The notes under the pieces are model-generated. The model saw only the letters and a program-made list of their open reading frames with translations, did no database searches and had not been told where the DNA came from. The position numbers and the translations under genes were made by a program. From positions 96,984-160,983 of the forward strand of contig CAYPCX010000002.1 of NCBI GenBank assembly GCA_964409365.1: DNA of 64,000 nucleotides, written 5' to 3'. Below are positions 55,962-64,000 of this stretch, one piece after another (the stretch's first letter is position 1; each line of letters begins with the position of its first letter). This stretch comes from an uncultured Planctomycetia bacterium. Lineage in GTDB: Bacteria; Omnitrophota; Gorgyraeia; Tantalellales; Tantalellaceae.

Positions 55962-55976
55962 TGACAGGTTTGGCAT

Positions 55977-56033
55977 CTGCCAGCTACCAGCCATACTGAC
56001 AGTGCCGCAATAAGGTACCTGCCAGCTACCAGC
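55977..56033. repeat. 15-bp direct repeat ctgccagctaccagc (2 copies)
   Basis: Exact copies at 55977-55991 and 56019-56033; aaggtacc also occurs twice (56012, 56038). Confidence 0.85.
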
Positions 56034-56048
56034 GCTGAAGGTACCATG

Positions 56049-56090
56049 CCGGAGGGGTGGGATAAGCCCACCCCTCCGGTTTAGCTCTTT
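56049..56090 (+). terminator. Rho-independent terminator of ORF1
   Basis: Perfect 13-bp stem ccggaggggtggg (56049-56061) / cccacccctccgg (56067-56079), 5-nt loop, followed by tttagctcttt. Confidence 0.85.
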
Positions 56091-56137
56091 GAAACAGGAT
56101 TGGCGAATATTACGTAACTCATTATGTTTAAAGAAGA

Positions 56138-56330
56138 AAACCTTGAGTTAAGGTTTAAAAAATTCAGCTTTTGAGAACTAACAATCGGGCAAAATGGTGA
56201 TATACTTGAATTAAAGGTAATATAATAATGATAGTCATACAAATAGCCAAATAGCAGGGATACAGGAAGGAGGCATATTTTTTTGGATAATTATTAAAGA
56301 TATTTAATAAGAGCAAAAGAAGGTGTGCTC
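56138..56330 (+). promoter_or_regulatory. Candidate promoter, operator and RBS of ORF2
   Basis: AT-rich tract with the inverted repeat AAACCTT-N5-AAGGTTT (56138-56156), extended -10-like TGATATACT (56198-56206), TATAAT (56221-56226) and SD-like aagaaggtg (56317-56325) before ATG 56331. I see no well-spaced -35. Confidence 0.45.
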
Positions 56331-59300
56331 ATGTTTCCGTTCGGTGATGAAAAAACATATCAACGGGGCGATGGCGGTTTGGATAGATCCCCGGGGTCAT
56401 GGTTTTACAGGTATGTAAGTCATGTAAAGGGGAAGTCTGTCCCGGATCATCCCTCAAAGCCCAAAGGAGTGGCTTCGGTCTCAGCGGACAAGAATATACG
56501 GCCGTGGATCAGGCTCATCTCTGTGGTCCTTATTTTTACGTTCCTTTTCCAGCAGGTCTCTTTCGGCCAGGTGCAGCCGCCGGCGACACCACTAGTCAAA
56601 GGACGTGTCGATCTCAATCAGGTCTCGATACCCCGCGATATCGCCATTACCAAGGACATACATAGAACCTCCAGCAAGGAGCTCATCATAAACATCAAGG
56701 ATATCCACGACAACCTCGGCGCGCAGGAATCGATCGTGGCGGTCCTCGAGAACCTTGCCATGAATTATGACATCCGCTTTGTCGGCGTGGAAGGCTCGGA
56801 AGGGCTGATCGACATGAGCGTGATCAGGGATTTTCCCGACGCCGAGGCGAAAAAGATGACGGCCGAATACCTCATGAGCCAGGGCAGGATCTCGGCCGGC
56901 GAGTTCTTTGCCGCGCTCTCGGACCGCCCGGTCATGCTGTACGGGATAGACGACAGCCGGCTTTACCTGCAGAATTACCACGCGTTCATATCCGTCAATA
57001 AAAAGAAGAAGCTTAACATGAAGCTCGTGGGATCCCTGAGGAACGCGCTCGGCGCGCTCGGGGACCATATATTCTCCGACGAGCTGAAGCTGCTTAACAG
57101 CAATTCCATCCTGAACAACAATAACAAACAAAAAAGGTTCACCCAGAGGTGGCACAGCGTCGAGGAGATAGGAAGAAAATACGGCATCGGTTATTCTGAA
57201 TATCAGAACATCAACGCGCTGATGGATTCCATCGAACTGGAAAAAGAGATCAACTACGCGGCTACCAATGTCCAGAGGGACGAACTGCTCGACACGCTGG
57301 GCGGCAAGCTGAAAAGGGACCGCCTGGAAGAACTTATCCTGAAGAGCCTTTCTTTCAAGCTCGGCAAACTGTCGAAGAGCCAGTTCTATTCTTACATACT
57401 TCTCCTGGCCAAGGCCGCGGGTATCGACCCGTCGCAGTACAGCGAGCTGGAGAAGTTCTGTGATTACGTTAACCTTTACGAATCCATAGATATAGCCGGC
57501 CTCATGGACGAAATGGACGATTACGAGTGCAGGATAAGGGAGAAGCTTTTCAGGAACGACGATGAGAGGGAGCTCACGACGCTCATGAAGAACACCGAGA
57601 TACTGAACAACATCTTCTCGATCAAGCTTACCAGCGGCCAGCTTCGTTACTTCAGGGACCACATGGGCGACTTCCGATGGAAAAGGTTCCTTGATTTTAT
57701 CAGGACCCGCTATAAGAAATACCGGATACCTCTCCCTGCGGACCTGGCGGACGTAAGCGGCCTTTTTGAACAGCTTCCCCAGGCCTCGGATTTTTACGCG
57801 GCGGCGACGGACAGGAACAGGGCCATGGTGGAGAACACCATAGAATATATGAGAGAGAACGACGTGAGCGTAGCCGCCGTGGTGACCGGAGGTTTCCATA
57901 CAAGAGGTATCACCGAGATCCTCAAGTCGGATCAGCTTTCCTATATAGTTCTCCTGCCGCGCTTCAATCCCCAGAAAGGTAAACGGCCGTACGTGACCGT
58001 ACTCACCAATAAGGATAAGGAATACGAGCCTTATTCGGGATCGGGCGAATACCTGGCTACCACCTCGGAATATGCCCTTAAAAAGGCCATACTGGAAGGG
58101 ACCGGTATGAGCAAGGAGGACCTGAGGGCGGTATTCGAACCGATGGCAATGTCCCTCGGGCTCTCTTACCTTTTGAGGATGCAAAGGGGCATGGTCAATC
58201 CGGAAGTGCTGCAGGCGAGGATGCAGGACCTTTTGGACCAGTATTTCGATGACCTTATAGACAGCACGTATGAACTGGTGAAAGAAGGGAAAACAACTGA
58301 CGCCGAATTCAAAGAATTCCAAGAGGTCATAAACGGTCTGCGCGCGGGTAAACTGCAAAGAAGGGTGCTGGATGACGGCACTGTAAGGATAGGCATAGAA
58401 AGCGAAGAAGGCCTGTTCTTTGTCTATGATACCGAGCTTGTCGAGGATGAATCCGGCCAGAGAAAAATGGCATTAAAAAGATATGAGACGACCTCAAGGA
58501 AAAACTTTGATACGGCAATGAAGAGAGAAGCGCCCTTCAGGGCCGAAGCGGAAAGGATGGCGGAAGTCACCGAGATACTGGAAGAATCGCTTTTGAAGGC
58601 TAAAGAACTTCGGGAAGAGTCGGCGTTCCGGGCAAGGGAACTGCGCCTGAGGTTCTTCCTTGATCAATTAAGCAGGTACGAGGGCAGATTGGACCAGAAG
58701 TCTTCCATCAAAGTAGCGATTTTGAGGATAGCCAGGCGGAAAGGAATGGAAGAACTTTTGGAGACCGGCGAAGACGATGTGATTGCAGCAGCATTCATCA
58801 GGGCCCGGGAGGCAAAGAAAGCGGTCGAAGAAGAAGCGGCAGGGATGGTAGAAGCACTGGGGCCAGGGGTAGAGGTTGAAGCCAGAGTAGGAACGATGCA
58901 CCGCATGGGTATGGTTGAACAGGAGAATTTTTCCGCTAAAGAGGCGGATTTCATAAAGGAAGTTGGAGAACGAAGAAAAACCGGAGAACAAAAGATCGCG
59001 AAAAGGAGCATAGGATCAGAGGAAATAGGAGCAAAGGCAGAGGAGATAAAAGCGGAAATTATTTATGTCGATCTGGGCGACGAGGCCGATGGTTACCATT
59101 TTGAACATTCGGACGGGACAAAAATTATTGTTGTGGACGAAAGGTTTAAAGGGACAACTATTGAAGACGAGATAATATATCATGAAATGGCCGAGATCTA
59201 CTGGGAGAAACGGGGAATCGGTGTGCTCGATGCCCATCGTCTTGCCGCTGTCCTCCAACTCATGGAGTATGGAAGCGACGGATTGCAACTTACCCCATAC

Positions 59301-62300
59301 CATTATTCTCAGCTTACCACGGATCTAAACGCGGACCAGCTGCAGGAGATCGTTGACGAGTATGAACGCGGGAGAGAAGCGCAGCACAGCTTGTTCAGCA
59401 AACATTTCCCCGGGGGATACGTTGAAAAGATCCGGGGATATGAAGATAAGGTCTATGCGCAGGCTCAGATAAGCCTTAGCATGCGGCGCGCAGAGGAAGA
59501 AAAGATCACGCTTGCCAAAGCCGAAGAAGCGGCTAAGAAAGAAGCCGAAGAAACCCCGGCTGAGGAAGAGGTCGTTGAAGAAAAGGTAGAAGAGGAAGCG
59601 CCGGCCGAAGCCGAAGTCGAAGAAAAAGCGCCGGCCGAAGAAGAAGTGTCTGAGGAAGAAAAACAGCAGGTAGAAAAGGCCACGGAAGAGATAAAAAAGA
59701 AAGCGCCGTCACCTCTTGCAGTTGCCGCGCCCGGTCCGGTGAGAAACTTTTTGGAGGGCATCGAGAACGAGATAAACAAAGTGGAAAGTGCGCGCAAGGA
59801 GTATTTCACCCTGATGAGCAAGCTTATAGCTCACCCCGACAAGAAGATGGCCATGGCCGCGTACCAGTTCATAGATCTTGCGATAACTAAATTAAAGACA
59901 TTATATGAGTTGCTCGATAAGGCTATTGCCAAGCTAAGTGAAATACAGAACGATCTGGACGAGAAAGGCCAGCTGACTGATGAGGCCAATGATAGATTGA
60001 CCGTATACCGTTCGGGCATACTGAAGTTACAGATCCAGATCAATGACTTGGAGGAAATGTACGGTTCCGCCCTGAAGGATGAAGACCTGGAGAGGCTGGA
60101 AGAGAAGGAGGAAGAAGCCCCTGGGAAAGAAGCGGAAGAGGCGCCTGAAGAAGTAAGAGGAGAGCCCGCTGCCAGGGCCCCGCCCCCGGAAGATGTAAGG
60201 GATCATGCGACCAACCAGATCGCCAGGAATATCGCGAAAAGGTTCGGTATCCTGGCCAAAGTGAGAAGCTGGAGAAGGGCGAGGCAGGCCCGGAATATAG
60301 CAAGGAAATTCAACGAAACGCCCGAGGAAGACATACGCGATGACAGGGAGATGTTCGGCGTGGAGGTCATGGGTGCTACAGACGCAATATTGGAAAATGC
60401 TAAAAAATGGAGCGATCCCAACAATGATTTCTGGAAAGATGAAGAGAACCAGGAGCTTACCGAAGCGACCGTGGATAATATCAGGGAACAGGAAGAAGCG
60501 CTTGAGGGAGAGATCTCAAAGATAAGGGCCAATGTCCAGCCGAGTATCCAGGCGGATGCCAGCGACAGCCTGGATACGGTCATGGAGAAACTCCAGCAAA
60601 AAATCGACGCGGAAGAAGAAGATTATGAAGAGTATAAAGGTATCCTGGAGGAGCTTAAGGAGAAGAAGGCCGAGCTTGATAAATGGCGGAAGATCGTAAG
60701 GGTGGTCGAAGGCAAGGAGGTGGTAGATCATTCAAAATTGGGCATCCTTGTTACGATCATGAAAAATGACAAGGCACTTAATGATATGGTCGACAGGGGA
60801 GAGATGATAGATCCGAAGACCGGCGAGGTCAAGGACGGTTTCCTGAGGCTCGCGGGTGTTAACGTCAACCTGGCCATGCAGCTCGGGCTCGGGTTTACCC
60901 TTCGTGAGCATCAGTACAGCGGAGCCCGCGCCACTATCAGCGGCTGCATGATAAACCTGCACACGGGGCAGGGTAAAACGTACATAGATGTCCTCGACAG
61001 GTACATGGCCTCCCTTAAGAATAAGGGTATGCCCGTCGATCTCATGGCGACGGACGACAGCGAAGCGAGAAGGCTTGAATACTCGACCGGGCTCGTTTTT
61101 CGTCTGCTTGGCCGGAGTTGCGGCATCTTAAGCGCGGACCAGGGTATGGCCGCCGACGGCACGTATGTCAGGATGCGTCGCGAAAAAGGAAAGATCGACG
61201 AGCAGGAGAAACAAAAAATATTACTTGATAGAAAACGGAACGCCTCCGAAGCCCAGATCCGGTTCATAACCCCCAAGATAGCTTTTGACATCATGCATGA
61301 CATGGTCCTGGCCGACAATAAACACGGGGAACGCTATCTTCTAAGGGGATGCTATGACGTTCTGATAGACGAATCCGACAGCCTTCTGCTTGACCAGGCG
61401 CTCACCGAACTTATCATTTCCGTCTCGAGGGGCGATCTTGACCCGCATGAGGCCGTACCGTATTACGTGGCCCGCCAGGTAGGCGTTTACCTCCAGCAGC
61501 ATTCCGATGAGCTCAGGCTCGAGTCCACCACCCGGGAAAGGCCCGAAGAGGGTGATATAGAGGAAAAGGGAAAGTACACGGGGACGTGGGTGGAATATGA
61601 TAGTGATACCGGCCGGGTGTCCCTTACCGAGGAAGGAAAACGTGAAGTTAACAAAAAGATCGCTGACGCGGAGGACATAGCCCGGAAAATGGGGCTGGAA
61701 TATCCTACGAATAGAACGATCCTCTGGACAAGGCTTGTGGAGCAAAGCCTGAGCACGAGCGTGGAAAAGAATGCTTTTTACAGAGGGCGTGACATCGATA
61801 CGCAAAAGACGGGAGTCCAGCTGATAGATCTGGCGACGGGAGGCACATCATTCGGCCAGAAGAGGAGCCAGGACGGGCACCAGGCCGCGGAGGTCATAAT
61901 GGGCATCCCCAAGCTGAGCAGGCCCGGTGAGACTATGTCCAAGCTGTCGATGCTGGAGCTTGTGGACTATGTTTACGGCGGGAGTTTCTCGGGCCTCAGC
62001 GGAACGAACATAGAAGGACAGACGGAATTCTACGACAGGTTCGGTAAATCGGTAGCCAATATCCATGACTGGGACAGGGGATCCTTGCGCAAGGTGTGGG
62101 ACAGGAATGTGGCGGCCGGGGAGAGATTCGAGTACATGGTAAGGGAACTGATCAGGACGCGCGGCGATAAATATCTCAAAGACCGTCCGGTCGTTCTCAT
62201 GGTAAGCGATTTCTTGCAGGCCGAGCTTTTGGAAGACAAGATGAAGTGGATCATATTCATGGCAAAGGAAGAGAGATCGACGGCAGAAGGGAAAACGGAG

Positions 62301-64000
62301 GAGGCAAAGAAAAACGAAGAGGAAGCTAAGGCGATATTCGAAAAATTAGACCCCGGTGTCCAGGCGGAACTCAATAGGGTGTTCGGAAAATTGATGGATA
62401 CGGAGAAGGAAGCCCTGGCAGGGCAGAGTTTGGAGAACATGAAGGGGGTCCGGGCCGGCAAGGAATCGGAAAGGATAAGCGTACAGAAGACCGGCGGGAG
62501 GCTCGGCGCCCTCACGATAGCCACGAACATCCTGGGCCGCGCGACGGATATCAAGATCGAAGATTTATATGCGATCCTAAAAAGTACTGAAGAGGGCAAT
62601 GAGGGTGTTCAGGTTGTGTACAAGAAAGATCTGGTAGAGGTCCTCAAGCGTGTTCTGGGAGATAAGTTGACCGGGGATATTCTTAAGGCACTGATGGATT
62701 ATTATGACGCGGCCGATGACCCGGAGAAGGAAAGAGCCGCGCGGGAAGCTCTGGTAAAATCAGGGATAACAGGGAATATCCTCGACCTCCTTCGGGCCGC
62801 GAAGACGTTCAATTATGATGGAACGCGAACGGCCCTTGGCAATTTGGGCATAAAAACGGATGACGGTCCCGGAGCAGGTATCCTCCAGGGTATGATAAGG
62901 CTTGCCCTGTGCACGGTCCTGAACAAGAAGACCGCTAACCATCCGCGGGGAATAGAAGAGAGCAAAGCGGAATACGCGAACGCGAGAAGTTTGCTTGAAA
63001 AAAAGGGTTTGTGCTCCGAAGGCGTGGAAGGCTTTTTAAAAGCGGTCGCGGACGCCATGAATACCGGGAATTACGGGGCAGCCGAGCAGGCTCTTGTGGA
63101 TATGGGTGTGGACCGGGCATCCGCGAAGGCCATGGCCGACGGGATAAGGAGTGAAGTAGAAGCGGTGAAGAGCAGGGAACTCGGAGAACTTGAAAAACTG
63201 AGGATCGACAAGAACACCCGTGAAAATATTTTCAGGCATGTTACCGCCGGTGAGTATGCCGAAGCCGAAAGGCTTATCGTGGGGCTTGACGTTACGGCCG
63301 GCAGGAAGAGGGATGTATGGCGGGTGTACAAGAACATCAGGAAGGAGCTCCAGAGTATCAATCGAAAGGCCAGGAACGATCTTCGCGAAAAAGGCAAAAT
63401 AGACATCGCGGGAGAGATGCAGGAGATAATCGACGACCAGCTCGATATAAGCAACAGGGACGGATCGAGAGACAATACGGGCGAGAACGATGTCCGCCGG
63501 GAGCGCGAGGAAAGGTTGAAAGAGCTTTTGTCAAGGGACGAGCTCAAGGCCCAACTCGGCAATGAAGATAAATTTGTGGACGAATTCAGCCAGAAGATCA
63601 TACTCAGGTACACGAAAGGCCTTTTGTTCATGACCGAGATGGACGAGCTGATAAGGGTGGAGTGGCAGAAGATAGGACGGCCCGGCAGGGAAGGGATGCC
63701 CGGAGAGATGATATTTTTCCACGAGGTTGGCCCGGACACCCGCGAAGCCAGGAAACTGAACAGGATATTGATGCAGCGCGCTGAATACCGGAGCGAAAAA
63801 ACACAAGAGATCGAGGAGATGGAAAAAGAGCGGGACAGGCTGAGAGATGAAGGAAAGGGCCAAGAGGCGCGGGAGCTCCAGGAAAAGATCAACACTGCCT
63901 ATGACTCGCTCGGCAGGAAGGCCGACAAAACATATACCCGGAAACTCGAAGAGATAAAGTCAAAGATAGAGGAAAGAGAAGCCGCTATTGGCAGCGGAAA
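56331..64000 (+). CDS. Large multidomain protein, 3'-partial (>2,550 aa): signal peptide, EreA/ChaN/TraB-like domain, HExxE motif, embedded SecA motor domain
   Basis: Manual translation from ATG 56331 (MFPFGDEK...). Every segment I translated is open, and the track lists no stop-terminated ORF in this frame, consistent with read-through to the window end (...KIEEREAAIGSG). Alternative start: GTG 56469. Confidence 0.9.
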   Translation, partial: MFPFGDEKTYQRGDGGLDRSPGSWFYRYVSHVKGKSVPDHPSKPKGVASVSADKNIRPWIRLISVVLIFTFLFQQVSFGQVQPPATPLVKGRVDLNQVSIPRDIAITKDIHRTSSKELIINIKDIHDNLGAQESIVAVLENLAMNYDIRFVGVEGSEGLIDMSVIRDFPDAEAKKMTAEYLMSQGRISAGEFFAALSDRPVMLYGIDDSRLYLQNYHAFISVNKKKKLNMKLVGSLRNALGALGDHIFSDELKLLNSNSILNNNNKQKRFTQRWHSVEEIGRKYGIGYSEYQNINALMDSIELEKEINYAATNVQRDELLDTLGGKLKRDRLEELILKSLSFKLGKLSKSQFYSYILLLAKAAGIDPSQYSELEKFCDYVNLYESIDIAGLMDEMDDYECRIREKLFRNDDERELTTLMKNTEILNNIFSIKLTSGQLRYFRDHMGDFRWKRFLDFIRTRYKKYRIPLPADLADVSGLFEQLPQASDFYAAATDRNRAMVENTIEYMRENDVSVAAVVTGGFHTRGITEILKSDQLSYIVLLPRFNPQKGKRPYVTVLTNKDKEYEPYSGSGEYLATTSEYALKKAILEGTGMSKEDLRAVFEPMAMSLGLSYLLRMQRGMVNPEVLQARMQDLLDQYFDDLIDSTYELVKEGKTTDAEFKEFQEVINGLRAGKLQRRVLDDGTVRIGIESEEGLFFVYDTELVEDESGQRKMALKRYETTSRKNFDTAMKREAPFRAEAERMAEVTEILEESLLKAKELREESAFRARELRLRFFLDQLSRYEGRLDQKSSIKVAILRIARRKGMEELLETGEDDVIAAAFIRAREAKKAVEEEAAGMVEALGPGVEVEARVGTMHRMGMVEQENFSAKEADFIKEVGERRKTGEQKIAKRSIGSEEIGAKAEEIKAEIIYVDLGDEADGYHFEHSDGTKIIVVDERFKGTTIEDEIIYHEMAEIYWEKRGIGVLDAHRLAAVLQLMEYGSDGLQLTPYHYSQLTTDLNADQLQEIVDEYERGREAQHSLFSKHFPGGYVEKIRGYEDKVYAQAQISLSMRRAEEEKITLAKAEEAAKKEAEETPAEEEVVEEKVEEEAPAEAEVEEKAPAEEEVSEEEKQQVEKATEEIKKKAPSPLAVAAPGPVRNFLEGIENEINKVESARKEYFTLMSKLIAHPDKKMAMAAYQFIDLAITKLKTLYELLDKAIAKLSEIQNDLDEKGQLTDEANDRLTVYRSGILKLQIQINDLEEMYGSALKDEDLERLEEKEEEAPGKEAEEAPEEVRGEPAARAPPPEDVRDHATNQIARNIAKRFGILAKVRSWRRARQARNIARKFNETPEEDIRDDREMFGVEVMGATDAILENAKKWSDPNNDFWKDEENQELTEATVDNIREQEEALEGEISKIRANVQPSIQADASDSLDTVMEKLQQKIDAEEEDYEEYKGILEELKEKKAELDKWRKIVRVVEGKEVVDHSKLGILVTIMKNDKALNDMVDRGEMIDPKTGEVKDGFLRLAGVNVNLAMQLGLGFTLREHQYSGARATISGCMINLHTGQGKTYIDVLDRYMASLKNKGMPVDLMATDDSEARRLEYSTGLVFRLLGRSCGILSADQGMAADGTYVRMRREKGKIDEQEKQKILLDRKRNASEAQIRFITPKIAFDIMHDMVLADNKHGERYLLRGCYDVLIDESDSLLLDQALTELIISVSRGDLDPHEAVPYYVARQVGVYLQQHSDELRLESTTRERPEEGDIEEKGKYTGTWVEYDSDTGRVSLTEEGKREVNKKIADAEDIARKMGLEYPTNRTILWTRLVEQSLSTSVEKNAFYRGRDIDTQKTGVQLIDLATGGTSFGQKRSQDGHQAAEVIMGIPKLSRPGETMSKLSMLELVDYVYGGSFSGLSGTNIEGQTEFYDRFGKSVANIHDWDRGSLRKVWDRNVAAGERFEYMVRELIRTRGDKYLKDRPVVLMVSDFLQAELLEDKMKWIIFMAKEERSTAEGKTEEAKKNEEEAKAIFEKLDPGVQAELNRVFGKLMDTEKEALAGQSLENMKGVRAGKESERISVQKTGGRLGALTIATNILGRATDIKIEDLYAILKSTEEGNEGVQVVYKKDLVEVLKRVLGDKLTGDILKALMDYYDAADDPEKERAAREALVKSGITGNILDLLRAAKTFNYDGTRTALGNLGIKTDDGPGAGILQGMIRLALCTVLNKKTANHPRGIEESKAEYANARSLLEKKGLCSEGVEGFLKAVADAMNTGNYGAAEQALVDMGVDRASAKAMADGIRSEVEAVKSRELGELEKLRIDKNTRENIFRHVTAGEYAEAERLIVGLDVTAGRKRDVWRVYKNIRKELQSINRKARNDLREKGKIDIAGEMQEIIDDQLDISNRDGSRDNTGENDVRREREERLKELLSRDELKAQLGNEDKFVDEFSQKIILRYTKGLLFMTEMDELIRVEWQKIGRPGREGMPGEMIFFHEVGPDTREARKLNRILMQRAEYRSEKTQEIEEMEKERDRLRDEGKGQEARELQEKINTAYDSLGRKADKTYTRKLEEIKSKIEEREAAIGSG
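56670..57970 (+). other. EreA/ChaN/TraB(TIKI)-like N-terminal domain of ORF2
   Basis: LIINIKDIHDN..AQ, VGVEGSEG, GRISAGE, LYGIDDSRLY, then after a helical insert FY..ATDRNRAMVEN and VVTGGFHTRGI (GGFH 57888-57899), SYIVLLP. The H / E / R-N / G-x-x-H order is that of this superfamily. Confidence 0.6.
60840..63730 (+). other. SecA motor domain (NBD1-PBD-NBD2) embedded in ORF2
   Basis: Colinear SecA motifs: LREHQ..G, NLHTGQGKT (cf. EMKTGEGKT), FRLLGRSCG, AFDIMHD, VLIDESDSLLLDQALTELIIS (cf. VDEVDSILIDEARTPLIIS), VSLTEEG, IDLATG..SQDGHQAAE, GLSGT, RPVVL, TIATNILGRATDI (cf. ATNMAGRGTDI) and QKIGRPGREGMPG (cf. QLRGRSGRQGDPG). Confidence 0.9.

Noticed and set aside
55300-55961. Autotransporter/beta-barrel or RTX-type secretion signal (protein ends in Tyr)
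   Set aside because: The C-terminal region looks alpha/beta and helical, without amphipathic barrel strands, and I saw no GGxGxD repeats.
56399-56665. 88-aa + strand ORF in the track
   Set aside because: It overlaps ORF2 out of frame; ORF2's frame has the RBS, leader and conserved motifs.
60840-63730. Assigning the gene symbol secA
   Set aside because: The domain is internal to a much larger protein with a leader peptide and has atypical motif substitutions.
71-63895. Numerous long minus-strand ORFs (e.g. 576-2840, 22791-25397, 50270-53698, 56592-58358)
   Set aside because: They lie antisense to the two giant genes, have Ser-rich or Val/Leu/Arg-rich shadow composition and show no recognisable motifs. 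This is expected from biased codon usage on the + strand.

Overview
The window is almost entirely two tandem giant + strand genes in the same frame, separated by a 369-bp AT-rich intergenic region with a strong intrinsic terminator. ORF1 (<3..55961, at least 18,636 aa) is open to the left edge. Its very acidic N-terminal two-thirds looks surface-exposed and carries dockerin/EF-hand-like Ca2+ repeats, beta-hairpin repeats, DUF4214-like repeats, a jelly-roll domain, a C39-type Cys peptidase followed directly by a double-glycine-leader-like motif, Asp-rich repeats, long coiled coils and a YD/RHS-like region. Its Lys/Ala/Gly-rich last third carries a multi-helix hydrophobic block, a divergent SecA-like SF2 ATPase, an HExxH motif and about ten ~95-aa repeats. 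ORF2 (56331..>64000) is missing from the supplied track because it has no stop in the window. It has a signal-peptide-like N-terminus, an EreA/ChaN/TraB-like domain, an HExxE motif and a clear SecA motor (NBD1-PBD-NBD2) embedded in the middle of the protein. The architecture resembles the giant proteins of Ca. Omnitrophota; that taxonomy is inferred, not shown. The best candidate new system is a pair of giant, possibly self-processing proteins that each carry their own SecA-type motor. All domain calls come from manual motif reading; no searches were run.
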